DNA of 64,000 nt from a bacterium (GCA_965261595.1 CBDHDG010000004.1:640001-704000); one strand, 5' to 3'; positions 41,816 through 52,071 are shown, counted from the first letter of the stretch. The notes: generated by a model not told the origin, from the sequence alone. Program-made: numbers and translations.

Positions 41816-43627
41816 CTAACCGGCTTCCTGCACGGCCGGTTCGGTTTCTTCTTCCGACCCAATCTCGGCTTCGGGGTCTTCCTCCTCGGCGGCGGCGACA
41901 TCCGCGCCGTCTGACGCGTCGTCCCCCTCCGCCTCCCCCTCGGCCTCGTCCGGCGTCTCGACCACCTCCCCCCCGGAAAACGGCTCTTCTTCCGCCTCCA
42001 AGGCATCCGAGGCGTCCAGGGTTTCCGGCGGCGGAGCGGCATCGATCTCCTCGTCACTCGGAAGGTCGTCGGTCTCGGACGGGGTTTCCGATTGATCTTC
42101 TTCGTCGAGATCCCGAATTCCGATCTTGGAGCTTTCAGCCCCTTCATCGAAAAACTGACGCCGCTTTCTCCATCCCGTGAACGCCCCGGCCAGGCAGAGC
42201 AGGCCGAGGCCCATCATGCTCATCTGCGGCCACCGGGCTTTCCAGATGGACGGCCTTCGGACGACCGGTTTCGCGGGCTTCCGGGACGCGTCCGCGTCGA
42301 AAACGATCACCTTCCTCCGGCTCGGTTTCCGCTTTTTCACGCGCGGCTTCTCCGGAACGGATTTCTTCTCAGGGGGTTTCGGGGCGGGGATGTCAAAAAC
42401 GGGTTCAGGCGGCATACTGCCCTTTCGAAGGAACACCGGCACTTCCGTAATGGGGACGACCTTTCCGACGGGCCAACCCGATTTCGTCGCCACGGACTTC
42501 ACGAAAACAACCCGAACCACCGGAGGCCGGGCGCTCCCTTTCACAGGGATCGCGGGTATCTTATCGATCACCCGCTCCCCGCCGGCCGGGGCCGATTCCT
42601 CGAAAACCTGAGGGAGCGCGTCCGGAAGCCGGTAGGAGACTCCCTGTCCGGTCTTTTCTTCCGCCGCTCGCAACCCATCGGCCACAACGACCTTCTCTGT
42701 AGGAGCCCGGGGCGGATTCTTCGCCGGCGCGGGTTTCCGCGAAACGGATTTCTTTCCGAGACGCCGCCTTTTTGCCGGGGCCTTCCGCCGCCTCGGTGGC
42801 GCCGGCTTAGCCTTCCCCGCCCTCTCCTTCCCCCTCCCCCTCCGCTCCATCCGGAAGACAAGGGACAACCGGGCGTCCGGGGCGAGGCGGAGGATTCTGG
42901 ATTCTTCCCGGTAACCCTTCTTCCGAATCTTCAACTGGTGTTTTCCGGGTTTGAGGCCCAGAAGAAGAATGGGGGTCCTACCCTTCCACTTGCCGTCCAG
43001 GACCACCGCCGCCTGCCCGGGGGAGGAGACAATCCGCACGGTCCCGGTCCGGCCCGAAGCTTGCTTGCGCCGGTCCGGCGCACGGCGAGCCAGCTTCCGG
43101 GCCCGGTAGGAAGGCGGGAACAATGATTCGTTGAATGGCGGCGCGCCCAGGAGGTTCGCCTCCCTGACCCGCCCGCTCGGCCGTAGACGCGCGAGCCCAC
43201 TCTTGACCCACTTCAGCACTGGCCGTGATCTTGAATGATCGACATGGCCCCGGGGGATCGCCTCCAGGATTCGCTCGGCCTGCTCGGCGTACCGGATGGC
43301 CCGCGCCTTGTCGCCCATCCGTTCATGGGCATAAGACGCCAACGAAGCCGCCTCGACGACGTTGGCCCGGCCCGCGCTCCGCTCGCAAAATCCCGCGACC
43401 CGATCCAAGAATTTGGTAGCCATGGAGAATTTCCCTTGCTCCAGCATCCGCTGACCCACCTTGATGCTGAAGCGCGCTTCACTCACAGTCCCCCTGGATT
43501 TCGCCGGACCGTCGCATGAACCCGCCGAAAGGCCTCCGCCAACGGCCAGGAGAAATCCCGGAACGAGAATGAGGAGGCCGATCAAGAATCGATGCTTCGG
43601 TCGAATCATTGAAATTGATCCCAACAT
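41816..43627 (-). CDS. PEGA-domain membrane protein with a Lys/Pro-rich linker, TM helix and acidic tail
   Basis: Signal-like N-terminus, TPR-like helix, PEGA motif SSPGQAAVVLDGKWKGRTP...GKHQLKIRKKGY, TM segment, D/E-rich C-terminus. Confidence 0.7.
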   Translation of the reverse strand: MLGSISMIRPKHRFLIGLLILVPGFLLAVGGGLSAGSCDGPAKSRGTVSEARFSIKVGQRMLEQGKFSMATKFLDRVAGFCERSAGRANVVEAASLASYAHERMGDKARAIRYAEQAERILEAIPRGHVDHSRSRPVLKWVKSGLARLRPSGRVREANLLGAPPFNESLFPPSYRARKLARRAPDRRKQASGRTGTVRIVSSPGQAAVVLDGKWKGRTPILLLGLKPGKHQLKIRKKGYREESRILRLAPDARLSLVFRMERRGRGKERAGKAKPAPPRRRKAPAKRRRLGKKSVSRKPAPAKNPPRAPTEKVVVADGLRAAEEKTGQGVSYRLPDALPQVFEESAPAGGERVIDKIPAIPVKGSARPPVVRVVFVKSVATKSGWPVGKVVPITEVPVFLRKGSMPPEPVFDIPAPKPPEKKSVPEKPRVKKRKPSRRKVIVFDADASRKPAKPVVRRPSIWKARWPQMSMMGLGLLCLAGAFTGWRKRRQFFDEGAESSKIGIRDLDEEDQSETPSETDDLPSDEEIDAAPPPETLDASDALEAEEEPFSGGEVVETPDEAEGEAEGDDASDGADVAAAEEEDPEAEIGSEEETEPAVQEAG

Positions 43628-43917
43628 CGAATTTCCCGCAAGTCGCCGGAAGCCGTTCCAACGCCTTAACGAGGTTCAAGTCCCGTGCCTTTTTTCGAGG
43701 ATTTCCGGGAGATCTTAAATTCGCGTTATCATGGACATATAAACATTTATAAAACAACATGTTAATATATAAATATTAATTTAATTTATTAAATTAATGA
43801 GCGGCGCTTCCTGTGAATTCGATGCAGGCGTTTTTGTTCGGGGAGAGGAAAAATCTTCCACGGCATGAAGGGTTTGCCGTTCCGGAGGAAGGCCGGCGGG
43901 TGGCCACGTCGCCCTTT

Positions 43918-44985
43918 TCACCGCGAAACATCGTCCCACAGCTCGACCGCCCGCCCCTCCCGGAAAGACCGATACGCGGCGAGGACGAAGGCCAGGGCCC
44001 GCCGCCCATCGTCCCCGGACAGATCCGCCGTTTCAGCGGCCGGAACCTCCCCGGCGGACATCGCGGATTGCCGGGCCCTCACCCCCCGCAAGAACTCGGC
44101 GTGCATCGCCGTGAAACCCGTCCGGTCTCTCGGGGACAAGAGATGAATCCTCCTCTTTTTTCCCGCAAGATAGAGAAAGTAGCCGTGGTTCTCGATATAA
44201 AGCGTCCCCTCCGTCCCGGAGACCGAGGAAAACTGCACCTTGCCGGGGGCCGGGATGCCCCAGGAATGGGTCAATTCCCCGACAACCCCGCCCTCATGCT
44301 CGCTGATGATGTGCACCGTATCCTCGAGGGGGACGCCCTCGCGGGTCTTCGGACCCCGGACGGCATAGACCTTCTTCGCCGCTCCAGCCAGACAGAACAA
44401 GGTGTCCACCCAGTGGATTCCCCCGTCCAGGAGCGCGCCGCCGCCCATCCGTTCCACATCGGTCCGCCATCCGCCATGCCTTGAGAGCTCCGAAATCTTC
44501 ACCCGGGCGCACTTCACCCGGCCAACGGCCCCCGCCTCGATGAGCCGCCGGGCCTTCCGGACGCTGGGTTTGAACCGGAAGTTCTCGGCCACCATCAGAA
44601 CACACCGGCCGCCGGTCTTCGATTCCGCCGCGCGGACGGCCCGGATGATTTCGTCGGCCTCCTCCAGCGTCCGTCCGAGGGGTTTTTCCATCAAAACGTG
44701 GACGCCGCGGGACGCGGCCAAAAGGGCGTGTTCAACGTGGAGATTGTGAGGCGTGCAGATGACAGCGGCGTGGACCCGCTCATCCCCGAGGGCCTGCTCG
44801 TGGGACCCGAAGCCGGCGTCCCCTCCGAACCGCGCCCGATACGTCTCGGCTTTTTCGGCCGAGCGGCTGGCGAAGAACAGCCGGGGTCTGTCTTTCAGAC
44901 GGCGGAGAGCCGCCGCGTGTCTGGGGGCGATCCCTCCGCATCCCACAATGCAAATACCGAGGGGTGAACGTGATTGGGCGGTCAA
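43918..44985 (-). CDS. Gfo/Idh/MocA family oxidoreductase
   Basis: IVGCGGIA, ICTPHNLH, HVLMEKP, GGGALLDGGIH. Confidence 0.9.
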   Translation of the reverse strand: MTAQSRSPLGICIVGCGGIAPRHAAALRRLKDRPRLFFASRSAEKAETYRARFGGDAGFGSHEQALGDERVHAAVICTPHNLHVEHALLAASRGVHVLMEKPLGRTLEEADEIIRAVRAAESKTGGRCVLMVAENFRFKPSVRKARRLIEAGAVGRVKCARVKISELSRHGGWRTDVERMGGGALLDGGIHWVDTLFCLAGAAKKVYAVRGPKTREGVPLEDTVHIISEHEGGVVGELTHSWGIPAPGKVQFSSVSGTEGTLYIENHGYFLYLAGKKRRIHLLSPRDRTGFTAMHAEFLRGVRARQSAMSAGEVPAAETADLSGDDGRRALAFVLAAYRSFREGRAVELWDDVSR

Positions 44986-45061
44986 TTACCGCTCCCGCAT
45001 CCCGCCGTGACAGCGCGGCGTGCGCCGGCCGGGTGGTGATCCGTCCGACCCCTTCCAGCCG

Positions 45062-45172
45062 CCGCTTGGCCGGCGCGCAAGCGCCTCATTGAACCATCGA
45101 AGCGCCGTGCGCCACGGAGGTTGTCATCGGCGTATACACTTCAATCGCAACTTGGCTGGCGCGCAAGCGCCC
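45062..45172 (-). repeat. Inverted copy (45101-45172) and partial copy (45062-45085) of the repeat at 31908-32117
   Basis: Minus strand reads GGGCGCTTGCGCGCCAGCCAAGTTGCGATTGAAG...ATGACAACCTCCGTGGCGCACGGCGCT. Confidence 0.8.
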
Positions 45173-45180
45173 AAGCGCCC

Positions 45181-45513
45181 TCAGCGGCCCTGGAGGTAGT
45201 CGCCCAACCTTCCCCGGGAATGTTCATCATCGTGGCAATCAGCGCAGAGGTTTTCCCAATTGCCGCCATCCGGCGGGTTGTTCCCCGGGTCGCCGTCCTT
45301 GTGGTGGACGGTGAGGAGATGGAGGTTCTCCCGCTCGAACTCCCGCCCGCACTTTGCGCATATCCATCCATGGAGCGCAAGGGAGCGCTCCCGATATCCG
45401 GCCTTCTTCCCGGACCTTGCGTCCTGAACGAAGTCCCGTATCTGATCGGGCTTAATCTCGGTCTTGAAAGGCCCTCTACCCCGCCGGCCTTTTCGGAATC
45501 CCGGACCCGGCAT
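45181..45513 (-). CDS. yajD: YajD-family HNH endonuclease
   Basis: GYRERSL..HGWICAKCGREF...LTVHHKDGDPGNNPPDGGNWENLCADCHDDEHS. Confidence 0.8.
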   Translation of the reverse strand: MPGPGFRKGRRGRGPFKTEIKPDQIRDFVQDARSGKKAGYRERSLALHGWICAKCGREFERENLHLLTVHHKDGDPGNNPPDGGNWENLCADCHDDEHSRGRLGDYLQGR

Positions 45514-45597
45514 TCTGAATTCTCCATAAAGTTAAATCACTTTATTTCAAATATTTAAATAATATAATATAAGGAAACATATTAATAATACTGAAAC

Positions 45598-46005
45598 TTA
45601 TTTCTCTTCGGATCCGGGTTGGGGCCGGCTTATTGGGAGGCCTTCGAGAATCGCCTGGACGGAGGCGTCCGGCCCATCGGACGTCCGGCCTTCATCCGGC
45701 ATCCTGAGCCGTTCGACAACCTCGCCGCCGACGATGTGCCGCTCGACGATCTCCTTCACGTCATCGGCGCCGCCGACCCAGTACCAGACAGCCTCGGGGT
45801 AGACGACCACGCTCGGCCCGAGATCGCAGGCGTCCAGGCAACCGGCCCGGTTGGCCCGCACCACGCCCTGCAAGCCGTGACGCTCGATTTCGGCCTTGAA
45901 GAGCTTTCGCAGGTCCCCGGCGCCGCGATCCATGCAACAGCCCCTCGGGTCGCTCGGGTCCCGCTGGTTCTCACAGACGAAAATGTGATGTTTGAAGGGC
46001 GGCAT
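45598..46005 (-). CDS. Thioredoxin-like [2Fe-2S] ferredoxin
   Basis: HIFVCENQR...GCC...GCLDACDLGPSVVVYPEAVWY. Confidence 0.9.
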   Translation of the reverse strand: MPPFKHHIFVCENQRDPSDPRGCCMDRGAGDLRKLFKAEIERHGLQGVVRANRAGCLDACDLGPSVVVYPEAVWYWVGGADDVKEIVERHIVGGEVVERLRMPDEGRTSDGPDASVQAILEGLPISRPQPGSEEK

Positions 46006-46164
46006 TGTTCACATCGCTCCGGACCCCCGAAAGTATATCACAAGCGGTTGAAGGCCCTTCGAACCCCAGGATACCCAAACCCATCTCTTTGAAAGCAATC
46101 GGAGTTCCCTCCGGGCGGAACTCCGAATGGAATCCGGATTATCAAATCGTCCGGACCCGGCGCG

Positions 46165-46605
46165 TCAGGGCTTGATGAAGGAGACAACGAGGTTCTGACA
46201 GAAGTGATGACCGAGGCGCCGCTCCAGGGCGGCCCACAAGGCGCCGTACACCTTGTCCACCGGCCGAAAGGGGGGCAGACACCGGGACAATTTTCCGGCC
46301 AGGTCCCGCATGATCCAGGCCGGCTCCCCCCAGGAACGCCAGTGCCCATAACCCATCGTCCTGTCGACGCGCAGTCCGGCCCTCCGGCCCAGCCTCCGCA
46401 AACCGGCGGCGGTGAAATCCGTCTCCCAACCGTATTTCCAAGCGCCGCGCCTCATCTTCCACCGCTTCATGACGGCATAACCGGAAAACCTTTGCGGGAC
46501 ATCGACGATCAACCGGCCGCCCGGCCGCAGGACGCGGACCTGTTCGCTCATCGCCCGGCCCGGATCAGGAAAGTGTTCCAGGACCCCCTGTGAGAACACG
46601 ACGTC
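46165..46605 (-). pseudogene. Class I SAM methyltransferase, C-terminal half only
   Basis: DVVFSQGVLEHFPDP...EQVRVLRPGGRLIVDVP; in-frame TGA just upstream and no SAM-binding motif I. Confidence 0.55.
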
Positions 46606-46710
46606 CCGGCACCGTCAAGCCATCCTTCGGGCGAATGGGCAGGTTGAATCCAAACGGCGTCGATATCGGACCCTCGAATAAACGGCGAACGGAAGGGCAT
46701 TCCGTGGGCA

Positions 46711-46962
46711 TCAAACGGCAATCCCGCCCGCGATGGGCGGAAAGATTCCAACCACGTCCCCTTCGGCCAGACGCTCCTCCGCTGAAACCTGCCGGTGATT
46801 CCGCATCAAGAGATTCACCTCCTCCCGCGGGATCCCCATGCGCCGGATGATGTCGGACACCCGGGCCCCCTCGGGTAAATCCAGGGTGGAGCGCTTCCCG
46901 CGCCGGTCTTCCGGCGGAAGATACCCGATGAAGTGCGCAAAGACCCGGACCTCAATTCTCAC
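46711..46962 (-). CDS. MoaD/ThiS-family sulfur carrier with a C-terminal GG-IAV extension
   Basis: MRIEVRVFA...L.EGDVVGIFPPIAGGIAV; start overlaps the larC end. Confidence 0.8.
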   Translation of the reverse strand: MRIEVRVFAHFIGYLPPEDRRGKRSTLDLPEGARVSDIIRRMGIPREEVNLLMRNHRQVSAEERLAEGDVVGIFPPIAGGIAV

Positions 46963-48190
46963 GGCGCAGGACCTCTCTGGCCGCCGCGAGGGCCTCCTCG
47001 TGCACCCGCCGGAGGGGAACCCCTTGCTCCCGCGCCGCCCGGCGGCAATCCTCGTACTCGGGCGACACCCCCGGGTCCGGCCCCCCGCACGGGGAAGACA
47101 CCTTGACCCTCAGCGGGCCGTATCGCGTCCGCACCGTCATCTCGCGGCGCGCGACCGCCAGCCGGTCGGTCCAGGTCCAACGGACGCCGAGGCTCGATGT
47201 CTCTCGCAGGACCGCATGCACGAGGGCGCTCTTCTTCTCTGGCCGGCCCAACACGGAGAGGAGGATTCCGGGGCGGGATTTCTTCATGCCCACCGGCGTC
47301 CAATAGACATCCAACGCCCCCTCCGCGAAGAGGATCTCACCCACGTGCTCGTAGAACTCGGGGTTCATGTCGTCGATGTTGGCCTCGATGAGGACCAGGC
47401 GCTCGATGACCGCTCCCCCGCCCTCCCCATCCATCCCCTCTTCCACCGGCTCCCCCAGGACGAGCCGCAAGACGTTGGGCCGTTCCAGGTCCCGGGTTCC
47501 CGCGCCGTACCCCACGGCCTTGAGCCGCATGGGCGGCATGGGGCCGAAGGCGTCCGCCAGCGTCGTCAACAGGGCCGCGCCGGTCGGCGTCACGAGCTCG
47601 GCCTCGATCCCGGTCCCCCGAACCGGCACATCCCGGACCAGCTCCAGCGTGGCCGGGGCCGGAACGGGCTGTTGTCCGTGGGCGGAGCGGATGAACCCGG
47701 CGCCCAAAGGGAGCGGCGAAGCCTCGACGCGCCCGACGCCCAACAGGGCGAGGCCCGCGACCGCTCCCACGATGTCCGCGATGGCGTCCAGGGCCCCGAC
47801 TTCGTGGAAATGGACCTCCTCAATCCCGATGCGGTGAATCCGGGACTCCGCCTCGGCCAGACGGCGAAAGACCCGCAGGCTCTTCTCCTTCACCGCCTCC
47901 GAGAGGGCGCTCGATTCGATGATCCGCCGGACCTCGGCGTAGCGGCGGTGTTCGTGGCGCTCCTCCCCCGGGGGAGGGTGGGAGGGGGGGCGGGCCGGGG
48001 TCACGACATCCACCTTTGTGGCGCCGAACCCGTTCTTCTTGACGGACCTTGCGCGCAAGGACAGGCCCGGCAAGCGAAGCCGGTCGATCTCCCCCTGAAG
48101 GTCTTCGATGGGAAGACCCGCGTCCACCAGGGCCCCCAGCGTCATGTCTCCGCTGACGCCCGACACGCAGTCGAAGTAGGCGAGCGTCAC
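46952..48190 (-). CDS. larC: Nickel pincer cofactor nickel insertase LarC
   Basis: FDCVSGVSGDMTLGAL, VHFHEVGALD, HG..PVPAPAT, ELVTPTGAA, EANIDDMNPE, MKKSRPG, ETSSLGVR, PEYED. Confidence 0.93.
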   Translation of the reverse strand: MTLAYFDCVSGVSGDMTLGALVDAGLPIEDLQGEIDRLRLPGLSLRARSVKKNGFGATKVDVVTPARPPSHPPPGEERHEHRRYAEVRRIIESSALSEAVKEKSLRVFRRLAEAESRIHRIGIEEVHFHEVGALDAIADIVGAVAGLALLGVGRVEASPLPLGAGFIRSAHGQQPVPAPATLELVRDVPVRGTGIEAELVTPTGAALLTTLADAFGPMPPMRLKAVGYGAGTRDLERPNVLRLVLGEPVEEGMDGEGGGAVIERLVLIEANIDDMNPEFYEHVGEILFAEGALDVYWTPVGMKKSRPGILLSVLGRPEKKSALVHAVLRETSSLGVRWTWTDRLAVARREMTVRTRYGPLRVKVSSPCGGPDPGVSPEYEDCRRAAREQGVPLRRVHEEALAAAREVLRREN

Positions 48191-48951
48191 GTCCCGATCC
48201 GGTTGATTTTGTCGGCCTGAACCGCGGCGCCAAACCCGTTGTCGATGTTCACCACCGAAACCCCCGGGGCGCAGGAATTAAGCATGGCGAGCAGCGCGGC
48301 CAGCCCGCCGAAGCTCGCCCCGTAGCCGACGCTCGTCGGGACCGCGATGACCGGGCAGTCCACCAGCCCGCCGACAACGCTCGGCAGCGCCCCCTCCATC
48401 CCCGCCACGACGATGATCACCCGGGCCTTGCGGAGGATCGGCCACCTGTCGAGCAATCGCGGAAGGCCGGCCACGCCCACGTCGTAAACACGCTCCACCC
48501 GGTTGCCCCACGCCTCGAGCGTGAAGGCCGCCTCCTCGGCGACGGGATAATCCGCCGTCCCGCCGGAAGCCACCGCCACCCGGCCGAATCCGTCCCTCGG
48601 CGAAGCCGGGGGCTCACGGCGGATGAGAGCGATGCGGGCCTCGGGGTTGCACTCAAATGGAAATCCCAGGGATTCCAGGGCCCGCGCGGATTCCGGCGGG
48701 AGCCGGGTCGCCAGGACCATGTCCTCGCCGCCCCTCAGAATCTCCCGGGCGATGTCACGGGTCTGATCCGGCGTCTTCCCCTCGGCGAAGATGACTTCGC
48801 CGCGTCCGGTCCGCAGGGCCCGGTGATGATCGACCTTCGCGAAGCCGAGATCGGTGAAAGGCATCGCCCGGAGGCGATCGAGGGCCTCCTCCGGGGCGAC
48901 CCGGCCCGCCTCGACCTCGATCAGCAAGGACCTCAGGCGATCAACGTTCAT
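48187..48951 (-). CDS. larB: Nickel pincer cofactor carboxylase/hydrolase LarB
   Basis: DHHRALRTG..EVIF.EGKT, GTADYPVAEEA, DVGVAG, AGMEGALPSVVGGL, PTSVGYG, VVNIDNGFGA. Confidence 0.93.
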   Translation of the reverse strand: MNVDRLRSLLIEVEAGRVAPEEALDRLRAMPFTDLGFAKVDHHRALRTGRGEVIFAEGKTPDQTRDIAREILRGGEDMVLATRLPPESARALESLGFPFECNPEARIALIRREPPASPRDGFGRVAVASGGTADYPVAEEAAFTLEAWGNRVERVYDVGVAGLPRLLDRWPILRKARVIIVVAGMEGALPSVVGGLVDCPVIAVPTSVGYGASFGGLAALLAMLNSCAPGVSVVNIDNGFGAAVQADKINRIGT

Positions 48952-49816
48952 GCGCGAAAACGGGTGTGGAGATGACCGGCAGCGGGATCGACCCGGGACG
49001 ATCGGCGGGCGGCCCGTTCAGGCTCCCGGTGCGGTACCCCTTCAGGTCTACGGAGACCTTGGGAAACCCGATCCGCTGAAACGCGCGAGAGACCGCGTCC
49101 ATCATGCCGGGCTCGAAGAACCGGGCGATCTCCCCCGCCTCCACCTCGATCCGGGCCAACGGTCCGTGGTGGCGGACCCGGAGCTGGCGAAAGCCGAGCC
49201 CCCTCAAATGGGCCTCGGCCCGCTCCACCGTCCTGAGCTTCTCGGCGGTCACCCGCTGTCCCCGGGGAATCCGCGAGGCCAGACAGGCCATGGCCGGCTT
49301 GTCCCAGGTGGGCAGCCCCATCGCCTTGGAGAGGACGCGAATCTCCGCCTTGGTCAGGTCCGCCTCCAGCAAGGGGCTGCGAACGCCGTACGCCCGCGCG
49401 GCCGCCCGCCCGGGCCGCTCATCGGACAGGTCGTCCGGGATTGTGCCGTCCGCCACGCAGGCGATTCCCTCGCGGTCCGCAATCGAGACCAGCCGGCGGA
49501 AAAGCTCTTCCTTGCAGAAAAAGCACCGGTCGGCGGCATTGGCGGCGTATCGCGGATCGGCCAGCTCCCGGGTGTCGATCTCGAGGAGACGGATGCCGAT
49601 CCGCTCGGCCACGCGCCGGGCCTCGGCGAGATCGGACGCCGGAAGAGAGGGCGACCGCCCCGTCACCGCGAGGGCGCCGTCGCCCAGGACGCGCCTTGCG
49701 GCGTCGGCCAGAAAGGCGCTGTCCACCCCGGCGGAGAACGCCACCAGGACGCTTCCCATCCGGAGGAGGATCGTTTCCAGATTCCGGTGTTTCTGTTTCG
49801 TCGGCGGGGGGATCAA
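48941..49816 (-). CDS. larE: ATP-dependent sulfur transferase LarE (CxxC-C, Fe-S type)
   Basis: PP-loop SAGVDS, RCFFCK, DD..D.RPG, SPL, WDKPAMACLASRIP, RVRHHG, GYRTGS. Confidence 0.92.
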   Translation of the reverse strand: MIPPPTKQKHRNLETILLRMGSVLVAFSAGVDSAFLADAARRVLGDGALAVTGRSPSLPASDLAEARRVAERIGIRLLEIDTRELADPRYAANAADRCFFCKEELFRRLVSIADREGIACVADGTIPDDLSDERPGRAAARAYGVRSPLLEADLTKAEIRVLSKAMGLPTWDKPAMACLASRIPRGQRVTAEKLRTVERAEAHLRGLGFRQLRVRHHGPLARIEVEAGEIARFFEPGMMDAVSRAFQRIGFPKVSVDLKGYRTGSLNGPPADRPGSIPLPVISTPVFAHER

Positions 49817-49923
49817 AATCGGTCTCTGGGCGCGAAGTGGACGGGAGTTCAGGGAATGAGGATAATGCCCTTACATATACTTCATTATCTTCCCAAATGT
49901 CCGTTTAGGCAACGGAGGCAACG

Positions 49924-51234
49924 ATGGCGAAGGAGAAAGCCCCGGTTGCGGGCCAGGCGTCGACAGCGGAGACCCCGCTTCCGGCCAAGCGCTCGATGTT
50001 CGAGAACGCCCAGCTCTATTTCGACCGGATCGCCGAACAGATGGATCTGGACGATGGAATCCACCAGCTCCTTCGCACGCCGGTGCGCGAGCTGACGGTC
50101 AACTTTCCCGTCGTTTTGGATGACCGCACCGTCCGGATCTTTCAGGGATACCGGATTCAGCACAGCCTCCTGCGCGGACCGGCCAAAGGGGGCATCCGCT
50201 ACGCCCCCTCCGTCACGCAGGATGAGGTCCGGGCGCTGGCCATGGGGATGACCTGGAAGACAGCGGTCGTCAACGTTCCTTTCGGCGGGGCGAAAGGCGG
50301 GGTCCGCGTCAACCCCAAGGAGGTCTCCGATCGCGAGCTGGAGCGGATCACCCGGCGTTATACGTCGGACATTTCGATCATCATCGGTCCCGACAGCGAC
50401 ATTCCGGCTCCCGACATGGGAACCGACGCCCGCGTCATGGCCTGGATCATGGACACCTACAGCATGAACAAGGGTTTTTCGATTCCGGGCGTCGTCACCG
50501 GGAAGCCGATCTCGATCGGCGGATCCCTGGGGCGGGTCGAGGCCACGGGACGGGGCGTCATGTTCGCCACCGTCCTGGCCGCGAAGAAGCTCAACATCAA
50601 CCTTCACGACGCCAAGGTCGCCATCCAGGGCTTCGGCAATGTGGGATCGGTGACCGCCAAGATCCTGGATGAAATCGGCTGCCGGATCATCGGCGTCAGC
50701 GACGGGGAGGGGGGCATCCACAATCCGTCGGGGCTCGACATGGAAGCCGTCTTCGAATACAAGGACGGACCCGGCGGCCAATCGGTCAACGGGTTTCCCG
50801 AGGCGGACGCCCTGTCGAGCGACGAAGTCCTCTATCTGGACGCGGACATCGTGATCCCCGCCGCCATCGAGAACCAGATCCGGGCCGACAACGTGGACCG
50901 CATCCGGCCCCGGCTCCTCATCGAGGCGGCCAACGGACCCACCACGCCGGAAGCGGACGCGGCGCTTCTCGACCGGGGGGTCTTCATCGTGCCCGATATC
51001 TTCGCCAACGCCGGCGGCGTCATCGTCTCTTATCTGGAGTGGGTTCAGAACCTTCAGGAATTCCAGTGGACGGAGGAATCCATCAACCACCAGCTCAGGC
51101 GGACGATGGAAGAGAGCTTTCACGAGATCAACGAGATCGCCGATCAGAAGAAGGCCGACATGCGGACGGCCTCTTACCGCCTCGCCGTGAACCGGGTCGC
51201 CGAGGCGTTCAACGTCCGGGGCATTTTCCCGTAA
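49924..51234 (+). CDS. gdhA: Glu/Leu/Phe/Val dehydrogenase (glutamate dehydrogenase)
   Basis: GPAKGGIRY, MTWK, PFGGAKGG, DIPAPD, VTGKP, ATGRG, QGFGNVG, EAANGP, NAGGV. Confidence 0.93.
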   Translation: MAKEKAPVAGQASTAETPLPAKRSMFENAQLYFDRIAEQMDLDDGIHQLLRTPVRELTVNFPVVLDDRTVRIFQGYRIQHSLLRGPAKGGIRYAPSVTQDEVRALAMGMTWKTAVVNVPFGGAKGGVRVNPKEVSDRELERITRRYTSDISIIIGPDSDIPAPDMGTDARVMAWIMDTYSMNKGFSIPGVVTGKPISIGGSLGRVEATGRGVMFATVLAAKKLNINLHDAKVAIQGFGNVGSVTAKILDEIGCRIIGVSDGEGGIHNPSGLDMEAVFEYKDGPGGQSVNGFPEADALSSDEVLYLDADIVIPAAIENQIRADNVDRIRPRLLIEAANGPTTPEADAALLDRGVFIVPDIFANAGGVIVSYLEWVQNLQEFQWTEESINHQLRRTMEESFHEINEIADQKKADMRTASYRLAVNRVAEAFNVRGIFP

Positions 51235-51278
51235 TCCCCCGCGCGATTCCTTACGGGAGGGGGGAGGAGGGAGGGGCA

Positions 51279-51884
51279 ATGTCACGGAAGCGAAGCCTTT
51301 GGGCCGCGCTCATCGCGTGGGTCCTTCTCGTTCCGCCGGCCCCAGGCCCGGCGGCGGCGAAGAAAGACCGGGGAAAATATTCCTCCTCCTCCTCCCCCTT
51401 TCGGATTCTCAAGCGCCGTCCGAAGTTCGGTCTCGTCCGATTCCCGAAAGCGCGCCCCTCGCCTGAATTCAGCCTCCCGGATCTCGAAGGGAAAATCGTC
51501 CGCCTTTCGGACCTTCGCGGCAAGGTGCTGGTCTTGAATTTCTGGGCCACCTGGTGTCCCCCCTGCGTGGAAGAAATGCCCAGCCTCGAGAAGCTCCACC
51601 GGCATTTCCAGGGAAGGCCGTTCGAGGTGGTCGCTGTCTCGGTAGACGCCGAAGGTGTGGAGAAGGTCCGGGAATTCGTGAAAAAAGGAGGATTCACCTT
51701 CCGGGTCCTGCACGACCGGAAAAAGACGACGGAGCGCCCTTTCGGCGTCCGCGGCCTTCCGATCTCCTACGTGATCGACACCAAAGGGAGGATGGTGGCG
51801 GGGGCCATCGGGGCCAAGGATTGGGCCTCGAAGAAGGCTTACGCGTACTTCGAGGGGCTTTTGAAGGGTGTTTCGAGCCCATAG
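51279..51884 (+). CDS. Exported TlpA/ResA-family disulfide reductase
   Basis: Signal peptide; LNFWATWCPPCVEEMP; GLP cis-Pro loop. Confidence 0.9.
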   Translation: MSRKRSLWAALIAWVLLVPPAPGPAAAKKDRGKYSSSSSPFRILKRRPKFGLVRFPKARPSPEFSLPDLEGKIVRLSDLRGKVLVLNFWATWCPPCVEEMPSLEKLHRHFQGRPFEVVAVSVDAEGVEKVREFVKKGGFTFRVLHDRKKTTERPFGVRGLPISYVIDTKGRMVAGAIGAKDWASKKAYAYFEGLLKGVSSP

Positions 51885-52071
51885 CGGGTCAGGAAAACCG
51901 CCCGTCGCTCCCCCCTCCCCTCCCCCCCCCCCCGATTTCGCTTGCCGGAAATAAAACACCGCCCCTTGCGATTCAACCGGATGAGATTGGGCGGCGCCCT
52001 CCGCGCATCTTTCCGGCCTGGATCTCTTTGAATCCGGTCAGACGCCCGTTCGGCCGAAAAGGCGCTCTTCG

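Noticed and set aside
46606..46620. In-frame TGA upstream of the methyltransferase fragment as Sec
   Set aside because: It is not at a conserved Cys position, and the upstream frame shows no SAM-binding motif; truncation is more likely.
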